DNA of 64,000 nucleotides from Candidatus Hydrogenedentota bacterium (GTDB lineage Bacteria; Hydrogenedentota; Hydrogenedentia; Hydrogenedentales; SLHB01). Location of the stretch: the NCBI GenBank assembly GCA_963745075.1, contig CAVUWV010000001.1:1-64000 (forward strand). The letters are read 5' to 3'. The notes below the pieces were generated by a model. It was not told the origin of the DNA, did no database searches, and saw only the letters and a program-made list of their open reading frames with translations. The translations under genes were made by a program, and so were the position numbers. Positions 23,533 through 33,170 of this stretch are shown here, piece after piece. Position 1 is the stretch's first letter. Each line of letters opens with the position of its first letter.

Positions 23533-23915
23533 CGCTCGTTGGGCGAGTGCTCAACGAGTGGCGGCCGGAACCTTTGGGTTGGGACCTCAACGGTCGCTAT
23601 CGCCGTCTCCAGCTGAGCCTCAAGACTGGGCGAAACGGCGACCTCTTGTCCTTGACACAAGAGCTTTGACCCCTGCCAGTGAGGCAGTCTTCGGAATGTT
23701 CTTGCGGTACCCGTAGCCGAAGGTTTCGGCCTCTCAGCTGGAAAACCAAACTGTCGTGAGCGCAAAGACTGTCCCACAGACTTGTATTCGCGATCCTCTG
23801 CAGGGACAGCCTAAGTTGAATACAAGATTCACTAGTTGGTGCATTCACTATGGGTTTGGTCTCTGCACCTCCACGTGGCGCTCAGGAGCTGCTGACGTTT
23901 CGCGCTCGCAGCCAG
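23533..23915 (+). ncRNA. Candidate structured non-coding RNA, unassigned family
   Basis: Dense complementary segments with G-U pairs mostly on the + strand, a possible pseudoknot, and a CCTAAG/TATGG receptor motif. No credible ORF. Confidence 0.35.
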
Positions 23916-24057
23916 CACATTCTGGGCAACCTCCATCAACTCCATTTGGCCAAGTACACGTAATCATTCGGCAAAGCAGGGGTAGATTTTTGACAAACCC
24001 CTTCAATTACCTTGGCGACACGGACTTCGCGCCAGCTTCCGGCTGGGTATGCGCGTT

Positions 24058-24111
24058 TTTAGCAAAACTTCACCCGCCATTTGCCGGAACTTCATCTTGA
24101 ATGGGTACCAT
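24058..24111 (+). promoter_or_regulatory. 4x11-bp box promoter (copy 1), upstream of YmgE-family gene
   Basis: TTTAGC-TTCACC-TTTGCC-TTCATC, 9 nt, TACCAT. Confidence 0.7.
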
Positions 24112-24303
24112 TGCAATGTAACGGTGCGGGAAAAGGCCGTCGGCTGAGGCTCCGGCTCGTCGGTGCTTAAGTTCTTGGCCCGGACACGCGGCCGGAAAGA
24201 TGATCATCTTGTGGTAAGGAGCATCGGCTTCAAGCTTTAAGCGCGGATATTCCGTGCAGCACGAAAACGGAAATCCCTATTAGTCAAGGGAAAGGAAACC
24301 GCC

Positions 24304-24597
24304 ATGACGCTGACAGTCCCGGTACTTTTGTTCTCTATCGTTATCGCGGCGATTTGCGGGGCCATCGGCAAAGCCATCGCCGGCGACGCTCGCGGTGGGT
24401 TGGTAGTTTCGATCGTCCTCGGTTTCGTAGGAGCACTCCTTGGGCCCTGGATTGCGCACCAGCTCAAGCTCCCGGAGCCGCTGACGATCACCATCGGTGA
24501 CCACCCATTCGGGATTCTATGGGCGATCATCGGCGCAGCGGTCCTGGTTGCGGCCATCCACCTATTCTCCAGGCGGCGGCGGTGGTGGCGGCAGTGA
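24304..24597 (+). CDS. GlsB/YeaQ/YmgE stress-response membrane protein
   Basis: GAIGKAIAG..SIVLGFVGALLG..WAIIGAAVL; AAGGA RBS. Confidence 0.88.
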   Translation: MTLTVPVLLFSIVIAAICGAIGKAIAGDARGGLVVSIVLGFVGALLGPWIAHQLKLPEPLTITIGDHPFGILWAIIGAAVLVAAIHLFSRRRRWWRQ

Positions 24598-24689
24598 CTG
24601 CCGAGCCAACCCTTCTAAAGGATTCGCTTTAATCACTTTTCCTGGATAGACTCTGTTTGACTCTCGCCGCCTTGTCCCGCGGCGGGATG

Positions 24690-24932
24690 CTAGGGTGTCG
24701 TAACGGTCTTGTCCTCCTCGTCGCTGATCGTGTCCTCAGCAGAGCTTCCGAGATTCTCCACACTCTCCGTAGCAGCCGTCCGGTCTTCTTGGATCTTGTC
24801 CTTATCAACCGTAAGCGTGATCTTGGATTCTGCGTCCGCACTCTTCGACGCCAAGCTGAACCACCCCCGGTAAAAGCCGAGGCCCGCGATGACGGCTACG
24901 AGCAAAACGAGCACAAGAGCTAGAGTTTTCAT
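24690..24932 (-). CDS. Small membrane-anchored hypothetical protein
   Basis: N-terminal TM with GFYRGWF and acidic tail; AAGGA RBS. Confidence 0.7.
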   Translation of the reverse strand: MKTLALVLVLLVAVIAGLGFYRGWFSLASKSADAESKITLTVDKDKIQEDRTAATESVENLGSSAEDTISDEEDKTVTTP

Positions 24933-25188
24933 GATTCATCCTTTTTCGGTTGGTCTCAAGAAAGTGACATGGAGATTACGTTAACGATACGAATGTGGGT
25001 GAACTCCGGCTTGCCGTCTTTCGGTCCACCCCCACCCTCCGTTGTTTCAGTTTTGATCTGCTGGCCTTCATGGCTCGTTATCGACGTTCGTAGAGTGACC
25101 ACGACGCCCTGGGCGCGGAAGTCGAGGTCCACAACGTCCAGCCCAACGAATTCAGAGCGGCGAAACGCGTCGGGCAGTCTCCATGGTT

Positions 25189-26589
25189 TCATTTCAGTTC
25201 CTTCAGGAGCTTTTGGAAATCGGGATTGGTATCGAGGATCGTATTGGCTGCCCGACGGAGTCTGTCGATCTGTTCCCTATCCAGTTTGAAGGCCGTGGGG
25301 ATCTCGTTGAGATAGGCCTCTTCCCGGTCGTCACCTAGTCCGTCAAATGACACTTCAATGAAGTGATAGTCGATATCGGGAGTGTCAAGCTCGGGCAGCT
25401 TCTCTTTAACCTGTTTCTCGCCGGATATTTTGGCGATCTGCTCCCGGATCCGTTGTCTCTCTGTGAGGGTCCTGATGTACGTTCGGAGATAGGCGGTCTC
25501 CAACGCGGAGAAGTTGGTCATGGGCTTTCCGCCAGCGGCCATCAGCACCTTAAACATGTTGACCACTTTTTGCTGCCTATTGTAATCAGCATGTCCGGGC
25601 TGCTTGGCATTGACCAGAATAATGATGAACTTCTTTACAGCAACTTGTTTGCTGTCAATCTGAATGCTTTCGCTGGGAACCGCCGCACCGGCAAACTGGA
25701 TTACGGGGAGTATTCCCAGATTGTCGGATACGCCTCCATCAACGAGGTGGATATATGGCCTACCCGGTTGGAGATAGGATTGGTAGTCCCGAAAAAGGGG
25801 ATAGCGAATCCGGCTGGGATCATCGCGCCGCTGTTCTGCGGCGATCCATTCGGGAGCGTGAAAGTCCGGACCCTTTGGATAGTTGCACAAGGTCACCGGC
25901 GTGAGAAATCCCGGATACGCGGACGAGGCTGCTACGGCGAACCCAATTGGATAACTGCTGAGATCGGAGTTGAGCAGATCAAACTGCTGTTGCGTGAACT
26001 CAAATCGGGAGCCCAACGCGATGTCGGTGGAATTAATGATGAGAAAAGGGCGCTCCTGCTTATTCATCAAGTCCGCGAACGTTTTTCCTTCGTAGATTTC
26101 GCTCGTGTATATCTTCGCCAAAATATCTGTGCGACCGAAACGCGGACTGCAAAGCCTGACTACATTGACCGGAGCAAATATCCGTTTTATCAAGTCGCGC
26201 CCAATATTCCTGCAGAGTACCTTATCCGAAAAATCCTCGAATAGGCGGTCGCCAAACAGCCCAAAATAGGCGGCGGTTAGGCTGCCCCCAGAAACGGAGG
26301 AGATGACGTCCACTTCGTCAAGCAGGCGGTGCCGCTGACCTTCCCACGTGATCTCGGTATCTCGAAGTTTTTCGAGAGCGCCATAGGAGAACGCGGCCGC
26401 GCGTGAGCCGCCCCCGGAAAACGCAAGGACCACGAACAGGCTGTCCGAATTGTTCTTGCCTGGGGGGGTATTGGAGAGCCGGTATCCGCTGTCCCCAGCC
26501 TCCACCTTGAGGGGCTGGTTCTGCGGGGGGATCGTGGTACATCCAGCGAGCGCCCATGCGATCGCGAGGCTGAAGATAGTGATTTTCAC
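25189..26589 (-). CDS. Patatin-like phospholipase, lipoprotein
   Basis: Lipobox LAGC; SGGGSRA, SVSGGS and DGG motifs. Confidence 0.9.
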   Translation of the reverse strand: MKITIFSLAIAWALAGCTTIPPQNQPLKVEAGDSGYRLSNTPPGKNNSDSLFVVLAFSGGGSRAAAFSYGALEKLRDTEITWEGQRHRLLDEVDVISSVSGGSLTAAYFGLFGDRLFEDFSDKVLCRNIGRDLIKRIFAPVNVVRLCSPRFGRTDILAKIYTSEIYEGKTFADLMNKQERPFLIINSTDIALGSRFEFTQQQFDLLNSDLSSYPIGFAVAASSAYPGFLTPVTLCNYPKGPDFHAPEWIAAEQRRDDPSRIRYPLFRDYQSYLQPGRPYIHLVDGGVSDNLGILPVIQFAGAAVPSESIQIDSKQVAVKKFIIILVNAKQPGHADYNRQQKVVNMFKVLMAAGGKPMTNFSALETAYLRTYIRTLTERQRIREQIAKISGEKQVKEKLPELDTPDIDYHFIEVSFDGLGDDREEAYLNEIPTAFKLDREQIDRLRRAANTILDTNPDFQKLLKELK

Positions 26590-26840
26590 TCCTGAGATTC
26601 CTTTGGCTGTTCCGGTTCCCAAGGGAGACCGTTTACCGTCTCAACGCCGGACTTTGAATATCGAGCAAGACGATCCCGGTATTTCGCTCCGTATTTCGGA
26701 CTATGCATGCTAAATCCTTCCCGCGTTCGATACTCCCGCCGAACCTCGACCCGATACTCAGATTCGGGACTCGGAGACACTTTCTTTCTTCTGAGACGAT
26801 CCTTCGGGAGTGCCGGGTCACGGCGGTGCATTGCCGCGCG

Positions 26841-27920
26841 CTATCCGATGGACGCGCTATATCTGCCGGTCAGGAACCAAGTTTGCAGCTCGCCCATGTT
26901 CTTGACGCTAATGGCGCCGCGCTCCTCGAATTGAAAAGGTTCACCGAGGCGCGACCGGGTGGCCTCCGAGATTTGCACACGTCCGGCAACGCCGTGAGAT
27001 TCCATCCGGCTGGCAGTGTTCACGGCGGCACCCCACAAGTCGTATATGAACTTGCGCTTGCCAATGACGCCCGCCACCACCGCGCCGCTGTTGATACCGA
27101 TGCGAATCTGAAGATTGTTGCCGCTGCGCTCGTTGAAGCGGGCCAGCGCGTCTAGCATATCCAGCGCCATGTGCGCCGCCCGTACCGCGTGATCGTCCAC
27201 GGGTATGGGCAGTCCGGCGGCAGCCATGTACGCATCGCCAATACTCTTGATCTTTTCGAGTCCGTGGTTGTCGGCGATGGTGTCGTAATCGGTGAAGATC
27301 TCATTAAGGAGGACTACGAGCTGTTCGGGGCTCACCCCGGTGGAGAACTTCGTAAACCCCACAATGTCTGCAAACAACACGGTCACCTCCGAGAAGCTGT
27401 CGACAATAACGTCGGGACTCCCTTTCAAGCGTTCGGCAATGGATGGAGGCAACACGTTGAGCAGCAGCCGCTCCGACACCTTCTGCTCCGCCACAACCTG
27501 ATCGAAGAGTCTTTTCGTTTCCAGATGCAACAGGCGCACCTCCAGCATGTTGTGAACGCGCGCCAGAACCTCGGCCATTTCTAGGGGCTTGCTAATAAAG
27601 TCCTTCGCCCCGGCCTTCAACGCGCGTAACTTGTGATCCGGTTGGGCGGTAATCACAAGGACAGGAAGATAGCCGTCCGTTTCGATCTCCTTGAGACTTT
27701 CCATCACCTGGAAACCATCCATGCCGGGCATTTGAAGATCGAGCATGATCAAGTCGTAGCGGTTCTTGAGGTGAAGCGTGCAGACCTCGCCTGGATCTCT
27801 CGTGGACGTGATGAAAGCATAACCGGCGCCGCGCAGCATCCGCTCAAGCAGAAGTACATTGGCTTCTTGATCGTCGACGATCAGGACTTTCCCGTGAAGA
27901 ACGTCAGATGAACTTATCAA
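26841..27920 (-). CDS. Response regulator with class III adenylate cyclase domain
   Basis: REC (DD, D, KP) plus FADIVGFT, KIKSIGDAY and YDLWG..VNTASRME. Confidence 0.93.
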   Translation of the reverse strand: MISSSDVLHGKVLIVDDQEANVLLLERMLRGAGYAFITSTRDPGEVCTLHLKNRYDLIMLDLQMPGMDGFQVMESLKEIETDGYLPVLVITAQPDHKLRALKAGAKDFISKPLEMAEVLARVHNMLEVRLLHLETKRLFDQVVAEQKVSERLLLNVLPPSIAERLKGSPDVIVDSFSEVTVLFADIVGFTKFSTGVSPEQLVVLLNEIFTDYDTIADNHGLEKIKSIGDAYMAAAGLPIPVDDHAVRAAHMALDMLDALARFNERSGNNLQIRIGINSGAVVAGVIGKRKFIYDLWGAAVNTASRMESHGVAGRVQISEATRSRLGEPFQFEERGAISVKNMGELQTWFLTGRYSASIG

Positions 27921-28033
27921 TTGGATCGCAGTGCCCTATGTGCTCGTGGTAGATTCTATTCGGCAAATCTTGGCGACCTATACAGCGTTTGTACGAACTT
28001 ATGAGATTTGTCCATTTGAAAAAAGAACAACGT

Positions 28034-29098
28034 CTATGTCGTGTGTGCCTCGAAAATGTCGCGGAATATTTCGTGGTTTTGCTTAAACGCTGCAAAAATG
28101 GCCGGGTCGAAATGCTCTGGCTGAGTGCGGCCATCGCCCTGCGTAATGATGCACATGGTCTTCAGATGATCGTACGCAGGCTTGTAAGGCCGCTTGCTTC
28201 GAAGGGCGTCGTAGATGTCGCAGATGTTTGTTATGCGCGCCGACAGTGGAATAGCTTCACCCCGCGTGCCATCCGGACTGTCCCCGCCGTTCCAACTTTC
28301 GTGATGATGAAGCGCGATTTCGGCGCCCATCTTGAGATAGGATGATTTACTATCGCCGAGGATCTTCGCGCCCATCGTGGTGTGCCCTTTCATCACCTCC
28401 CGCTCATCGCGCGTAAAGCCGCCCGGTTTGAGCAGGATATGGTCGGGTATGCCTATTTTGCCGATGTCGTGCATCGGGCTCGCGAGAAAAATCCTGTCGA
28501 CAAACGCCTCATCCATACCGAGAATCCGGGCGAGTTCGCGGCAATAATAGCTGATGCGTTTCACGTGAGCGCCGGTGTCCTTATCTCTGTATTCGGCGGC
28601 GCGCGTCATCGCAAAGATGGTTTCCAGATGACTTTCCCGAAGTTCGACGGTCCTTTCTTGCACCCGAAGTTCCAGCACGTCGTTGTGACGTTGCATCTCC
28701 TTCTGCAACAGGCGCATTTCGAGCATATTGTGAATGCGCGTCTGCACTTCGATCAGATCAAACGGTTTGCTAATGAAATCCCTTGCTCCGGATTGCAGCG
28801 CGCGCAGCTTGTGACCCGGTTGGGCGGTTATCACAAGAACCGAAAGATACCCATTGGTCTCAATTTCTTTCAGGCTCTCCATCACTTGGAATCCGTCTAT
28901 GCCTGGCATTTGAAGGTCAAGCAGGATTAGGTCGTAGCGGTTCTTGCGGTGAAGTTCGCAGACCTCATGCGGATTACGCGTGGACGTGATGGAAACGTAG
29001 CCGGCGCCGCGCAGCATGCGCTCGAGCAGAGCAACATTCGCCTCCCGATCGTCAACGATGAGAATGCCGCCGTTGAGAATGTCCGCTGAACTGATCAC
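28034..29098 (-). CDS. Response regulator with HD-GYP domain
   Basis: REC plus HDIGKIGIPD, HHE and D.YDAL.S.RPYK. Confidence 0.92.
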   Translation of the reverse strand: MISSADILNGGILIVDDREANVALLERMLRGAGYVSITSTRNPHEVCELHRKNRYDLILLDLQMPGIDGFQVMESLKEIETNGYLSVLVITAQPGHKLRALQSGARDFISKPFDLIEVQTRIHNMLEMRLLQKEMQRHNDVLELRVQERTVELRESHLETIFAMTRAAEYRDKDTGAHVKRISYYCRELARILGMDEAFVDRIFLASPMHDIGKIGIPDHILLKPGGFTRDEREVMKGHTTMGAKILGDSKSSYLKMGAEIALHHHESWNGGDSPDGTRGEAIPLSARITNICDIYDALRSKRPYKPAYDHLKTMCIITQGDGRTQPEHFDPAIFAAFKQNHEIFRDIFEAHTT

Positions 29099-29113
29099 TG
29101 CGTTTATCCTGCG

Positions 29114-31651
29114 TCAAGTGCTCGGTGCAATCGGCCGTTCCGCGGTATCCAGCGCCGCATTCAGCGTGTCCATGAAATCATTCACTTTAATGGGTTTCGT
29201 GAGATAGCGGAAGAAACCTGCCTCCAAGCCTTTCTCGATGTCGCGTGGCATGGCATTCGCGCTGATGGCAACGACGGGGATGTGCGCGGTGGCCGGTTCC
29301 TCGCGCAGGATCTTCAGCGCTTCGTAGCCACTGATGCCCGGCAGATTGATGTCCATCAGGATCACCTCCGGCTGGGATGCGCGGGCGATCTCGATGCCGC
29401 TAGTGCCGTTCACAGCGGTCAGCAGGCGAATACCGGGGTGGCGCGCGACAATTTGCGCGACCAGTTTCAGGTTCGCCGGGTTATCCTCTATATAGAGCAG
29501 GGTACGTAGTCGCGCATCGCGCGGCACATGCCGTTGGGGAATTGCCGCTGCTTCGAGACTTTCCTTGGTAAGGCATGGCTCAGCAACCGAAATCAGTTCG
29601 AACCAGAATACGCTTCCCACCCCGACGGTGCTTTCCACGCCGATCGCGCCACCCATTAGCTCAACCAATCGCTTGGTTACCACGAGGCCGATGCCTGTGC
29701 CCTCCTCGCTGCCAGCCTCCTGCCCGAGACGATTGAACGGCTGGAATAGCTGCGCCAACGCTTCCGGAGGCAGGCCCGCGCCGGTGTCCTTGACGCTGAT
29801 GCGAATGCGCTCCGGGTCGCGCACGGTGCAGTTTACTTCGATTGTTCCGTGCTCGCGGTTGTATTTGATCGCGTTGGAAAGCAAGTTGATGATAGCTTGC
29901 TTCACCCGGGTCCGATCGGCATTGACATAATATGGGACGTCGAAGTGGGGAAACGTGGTGCAAATGCCGCGTTTTTGCGCTTGCGGTTCGATCATGCCCT
30001 GGCATTCCACCATGACTTCGGCCAGCAACACCGGCTCCCGCGACAGCGGCACCTGACTGGACTCGACCTTTGCGAGATCGAGGACTTCGTCAATCAGCTT
30101 CAGCAGATGCCATCCCGCCTGAAGAATCTGGGTTATGCTCTCCGTTTGGGCGGGCGTTGGCGGCGGCGACTCGGATTCCATCAATTGGGCGAAACCGAGG
30201 ATTGCATTGAGCGGGCTGCGGAGTTCGTGGCTCATACTGGAAAGGAACTCCGATTTCGCGAGGTTGGCTTTTTCCGCCACGGTTTTGGCGGTTTCCAGCT
30301 CGACATTCTTCTCGTGCAGCGTCTGCTCGAAACGTTTCAGCTCGGTAACGTCGCGCGCCGCGGCGAACACACCCTGCAGCTTCCTGTCGCGATCGTAGAA
30401 CGTGGTCGCGTTGTAGGACACCACGGTTTCCATGCCGTTCCTGGCGCGCGCGGTAAGTTCGTAGTTGGTGACCTTCTTTTGGCTCAGCACGAGTTTGATG
30501 CCCGTCTCGGCCCGCTCCGGATCGGTGAAGTAGTTCTTGAAGGGCGCCCCGATCAATTCATCGCGCGTGCAACCGGTGAGCGCTTCCATCTGCTTATTGA
30601 CGTCGGTAATGATGCCGGACGGATCGGTAGTCATTAGCGCGTCGATGTTCGATTCGATGAGAGAGCGCGTGTAGAACTGCTGGTCGCGCAGACGCTGATC
30701 GAGCTTCTTCTGCTCTGCCTCAACCTGCTTGCGCGCAGTATTATCGGTGCCGATCAGCAGATATCCGATGATGGCGTCCTGCGCGTCGCGCAGCGCCGTG
30801 ACCGACACGACCGCCGGGAAGCGGCTGCCATCCTTGCGGATGTAGGTCAGCTCGTAAATGTCCTCGATTTCGCGTGAGGCTTTGAACACCAACGCCTCGA
30901 AGCCCGGCGTAATTGGGGTGTCGAGTTCGAGACTCAACGCTTTTGCGCGCGCGATCACTTCCTGCGGATCGGAGATGTCCGCCGGGGTAATCTTATTCAT
31001 CACTTCGGCAGCCGTGTAACCCAACATGCGTTCGGCGCCAACGTTGAAGATTTGGATAACGCCATTCTCGTCGGTGGCGATGCTCGAGAAATTCTCGCTG
31101 TTGAAGATCGCGCTCTGCAAGGCGCCTGCCTGGAGCAGCGCGTCTTCTGCCTGCTTGCGCGCAGTATTATCGGTGCCGATCAGCAGATATCCGATGATCG
31201 CGTCCTGAGCGTCGCGCAGCGCCGTGACCGACACGACCGCCGGAAAGCGGCTGCCATCTTTGCGGACGTAGGTCAGCTCGTAAATGTCCTCGATTCCGCG
31301 TGAGGCCTTGAACACCAGCGCTTCGAATCCCGGCGTAATCGGGGTGTCGAGTTCGATGCTCAACGCGTTGGCGCGCGCGATGAGTTCCTGTGGATCGGAG
31401 ATGTCCGCCGGGGTGATCTTATTCATCACTTCGTCTGCCGTGTAGCCCAGCATGCGCTCAGCGCCGACGTTGAACAATTGAATGACGCCCTTCTCATCGG
31501 TGGCGATACTCGAGAAGTTGGCGCTGTTGAAGATTGCGTTCTGCAAGGCTCCGGTCTTGAGCAGAGCCTCCTTGCGCTGAATTTCCGTGATAACGTTGAC
31601 CGTGCCCGCCTCGTGGTCGAGAACGGCGGAACTAAGTCTGTTTTTGGACAT
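29114..31651 (-). CDS. Hybrid histidine kinase, 3 PAS + HisKA/HATPase + REC
   Basis: SHELRSPLNAILGF, NLLSNAIKY, DTGAG and GTGIGL motifs; C-terminal REC. Confidence 0.95.
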   Translation of the reverse strand: MSKNRLSSAVLDHEAGTVNVITEIQRKEALLKTGALQNAIFNSANFSSIATDEKGVIQLFNVGAERMLGYTADEVMNKITPADISDPQELIARANALSIELDTPITPGFEALVFKASRGIEDIYELTYVRKDGSRFPAVVSVTALRDAQDAIIGYLLIGTDNTARKQAEDALLQAGALQSAIFNSENFSSIATDENGVIQIFNVGAERMLGYTAAEVMNKITPADISDPQEVIARAKALSLELDTPITPGFEALVFKASREIEDIYELTYIRKDGSRFPAVVSVTALRDAQDAIIGYLLIGTDNTARKQVEAEQKKLDQRLRDQQFYTRSLIESNIDALMTTDPSGIITDVNKQMEALTGCTRDELIGAPFKNYFTDPERAETGIKLVLSQKKVTNYELTARARNGMETVVSYNATTFYDRDRKLQGVFAAARDVTELKRFEQTLHEKNVELETAKTVAEKANLAKSEFLSSMSHELRSPLNAILGFAQLMESESPPPTPAQTESITQILQAGWHLLKLIDEVLDLAKVESSQVPLSREPVLLAEVMVECQGMIEPQAQKRGICTTFPHFDVPYYVNADRTRVKQAIINLLSNAIKYNREHGTIEVNCTVRDPERIRISVKDTGAGLPPEALAQLFQPFNRLGQEAGSEEGTGIGLVVTKRLVELMGGAIGVESTVGVGSVFWFELISVAEPCLTKESLEAAAIPQRHVPRDARLRTLLYIEDNPANLKLVAQIVARHPGIRLLTAVNGTSGIEIARASQPEVILMDINLPGISGYEALKILREEPATAHIPVVAISANAMPRDIEKGLEAGFFRYLTKPIKVNDFMDTLNAALDTAERPIAPST
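30725..31576 (-). repeat. Tandem intragenic duplication of a PAS module (426-bp period)
   Basis: CTGCTTGCGCGCAGTATTATCGGTGCCG recurs at 30725 and 31151, giving near-identical 142-aa units. Confidence 0.9.
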
Positions 31652-31689
31652 GTCCTACCTTTTCGTCGCGTGGAGACAAGTTACCGCGG

Positions 31690-31841
31690 CTACAGTGCAC
31701 TTCGCGGCCTTGAGTGACGCAAGTTACCTTCACCGCGGCCGCGGCACATAGGATCTGGTGAACTACTTCGCCCGCCGTGTATGAGGTGAGCAAACCCAAC
31801 ACCCGGAGATTGTTCAAGAGGACCCCAATGACTCCACGCAT
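31690..31841 (-). pseudogene. Decayed lmo0937-family paralog
   Basis: VLGLLTSYTAGEVVHQIL..QGR matches LLGLLTSYTMGGLIHVLL..RGR of 42048..42197. Confidence 0.55.
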
Positions 31842-31945
31842 CTCTGCCTCTTCTGTCGCAGCCCCGAACTTGTCATCGCAGCCAAGCGCAACTTGGCGCA
31901 GTGGCGCGGGCGATTGCACGGGGCGTGTGCGGACTACCTGCCGCG

Positions 31946-32152
31946 TTAGTCTTTCAGTATGAACGTAATCTTCATTAACACCCGGTACTCGGTGATTTCA
32001 CCTTTGGAATCGACCAGTGCTTCGTGACTTTGAATCCACGCGGACTTGACGTTCTTGAGCGTTTTATGCGCCCTTGCAATCCCGTCGGATATCGCGGCAT
32101 CAAAACTTTCCTTGGAAGACGCCTTAATCTCGGTAATTCGTGCAATCGACAT
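31946..32152 (-). CDS. Dodecin-family protein (copy A)
   Basis: SIARITEIKASSKESFDAAI..KTLKNVKSAWI..EYRVLMKITF. Confidence 0.92.
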   Translation of the reverse strand: MSIARITEIKASSKESFDAAISDGIARAHKTLKNVKSAWIQSHEALVDSKGEITEYRVLMKITFILKD

Positions 32153-32226
32153 TTTGAGTATCCTCGCGTTGAATCGTGAACTCGACAATTGATCCAATCA
32201 CCCTCTCAAAGCCCGCTACGGCCGAA

Positions 32227-32415
32227 TCAGTCCGCGGCAAGATTGGAGGCGTGGTTGAGGTTGGCGTAGAACGAGTCGACCTCTTTCATGGCTTTTTCGG
32301 CACAAGGGGGACAGAAACCGTGGCTCACTCGTTCCTCGGCGGGGAAGTCGGCTTCCGGTGCGACCCAACCGTCATCTTTGCAGATTCTCCGGCACTCGGC
32401 GCATTTTAAGATCAT
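32227..32415 (-). CDS. Small CxxC/SHGxCxxC zinc-finger-like protein
   Basis: CAEC..W..SHGFCPPC; GAGGAGG RBS. Confidence 0.75.
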   Translation of the reverse strand: MILKCAECRRICKDDGWVAPEADFPAEERVSHGFCPPCAEKAMKEVDSFYANLNHASNLAAD

Positions 32416-32505
32416 GGAAACCTCCTCGGTCCGCGGGCTGAGCGTTGTGGAGAAACCCGATGGTTTGAGCAATCCTGCCTGACCGGCACCGTCAGGCTGT
32501 GAATC

Positions 32506-32559
32506 ATTAGGCCAGATTTCCGTAAATGCAGGACAAAGCCTTAGTAAAGGTTTGGCAAA
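32506..32559 (-). promoter_or_regulatory. 4x11-bp box promoter (copy 2)
   Basis: TTTGCC-TTTACT-TTTGTC-TTTACG, 9 nt, CCTAAT. Confidence 0.8.
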
Positions 32560-32635
32560 CTTTTGGGTTACGCGTGATATCTCCGCGGTTTAGGCACGTC
32601 TCGGCGATCCACCGGTAGTACTGACGCGCCATGGG

Positions 32636-32740
32636 TTATGAAATCCCGATCGCTCCCAACAACCAGTACAAGATGAGAAAGATGATGATGGTGCCGAAAA
32701 GTCCGCCGCCCCATTTCCAGGCGCCGGCACCTGCGATCCC
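32636..32740 (-). pseudogene. 5'-truncated copy of the 40-aa membrane peptide at 35066
   Basis: AGAGAWKWGGGLFGTIIIFLILYWLLGAIGIS with no in-frame ATG upstream. Confidence 0.7.
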
Positions 32741-32976
32741 TTTGACTGTTCCGGCTTCAAAGTTCGGCCCTTTGCAAGCTCCCCCCGTTCTTTTTTGAGA
32801 ATCTCATCATATTGCCACTGAGATTGTATATTGACCATGGTTCAGCATTAGGCGCGGTTCGCGCTCAAGATGGTTGATTCGTCTGCATAGTTGGGGTCTC
32901 CATCGCGTGGTACGACGTGATGGAGACCCCAGACCAGTGTGCCGTCTTGAGTCGGCACGCACGTCATTCGTCTCTG

Positions 32977-33165
32977 TTAGTTGCCGGTGCGGAACAGGAC
33001 TTCGACTCGCCCGTCGCGCCTGAGATTCGCGTCGCCAAATGCGCCAATTTAGATCTTGTCGTCCGGCATTCCGGCCTTGGCCAGACTGTATCGGACGGTA
33101 TTGACACGAAGATCGCTCAGGTCTCGATCGCGCGGATTCATGTAGCCATCGATTCCGACATTCTC
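32977..33165 (-). pseudogene. OmpA-like C-terminal domain remnant with in-frame TAA
   Basis: GIDGYMNPRDRDLSDLRVNTVRYSLAKAG..KI*IGAFGD..RVEVL. Confidence 0.6.
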
Positions 33166-33170
33166 CGGCT

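Noticed and set aside
23620..23860. c-di-GMP-I riboswitch or group I/II intron
   Set aside because: Only partial look-alikes (CGCAAAG, CCTAAG) are present. I found no GNRA-capped P2 with correct spacing, no intron P4-P6 or domain V, and no RT gene.
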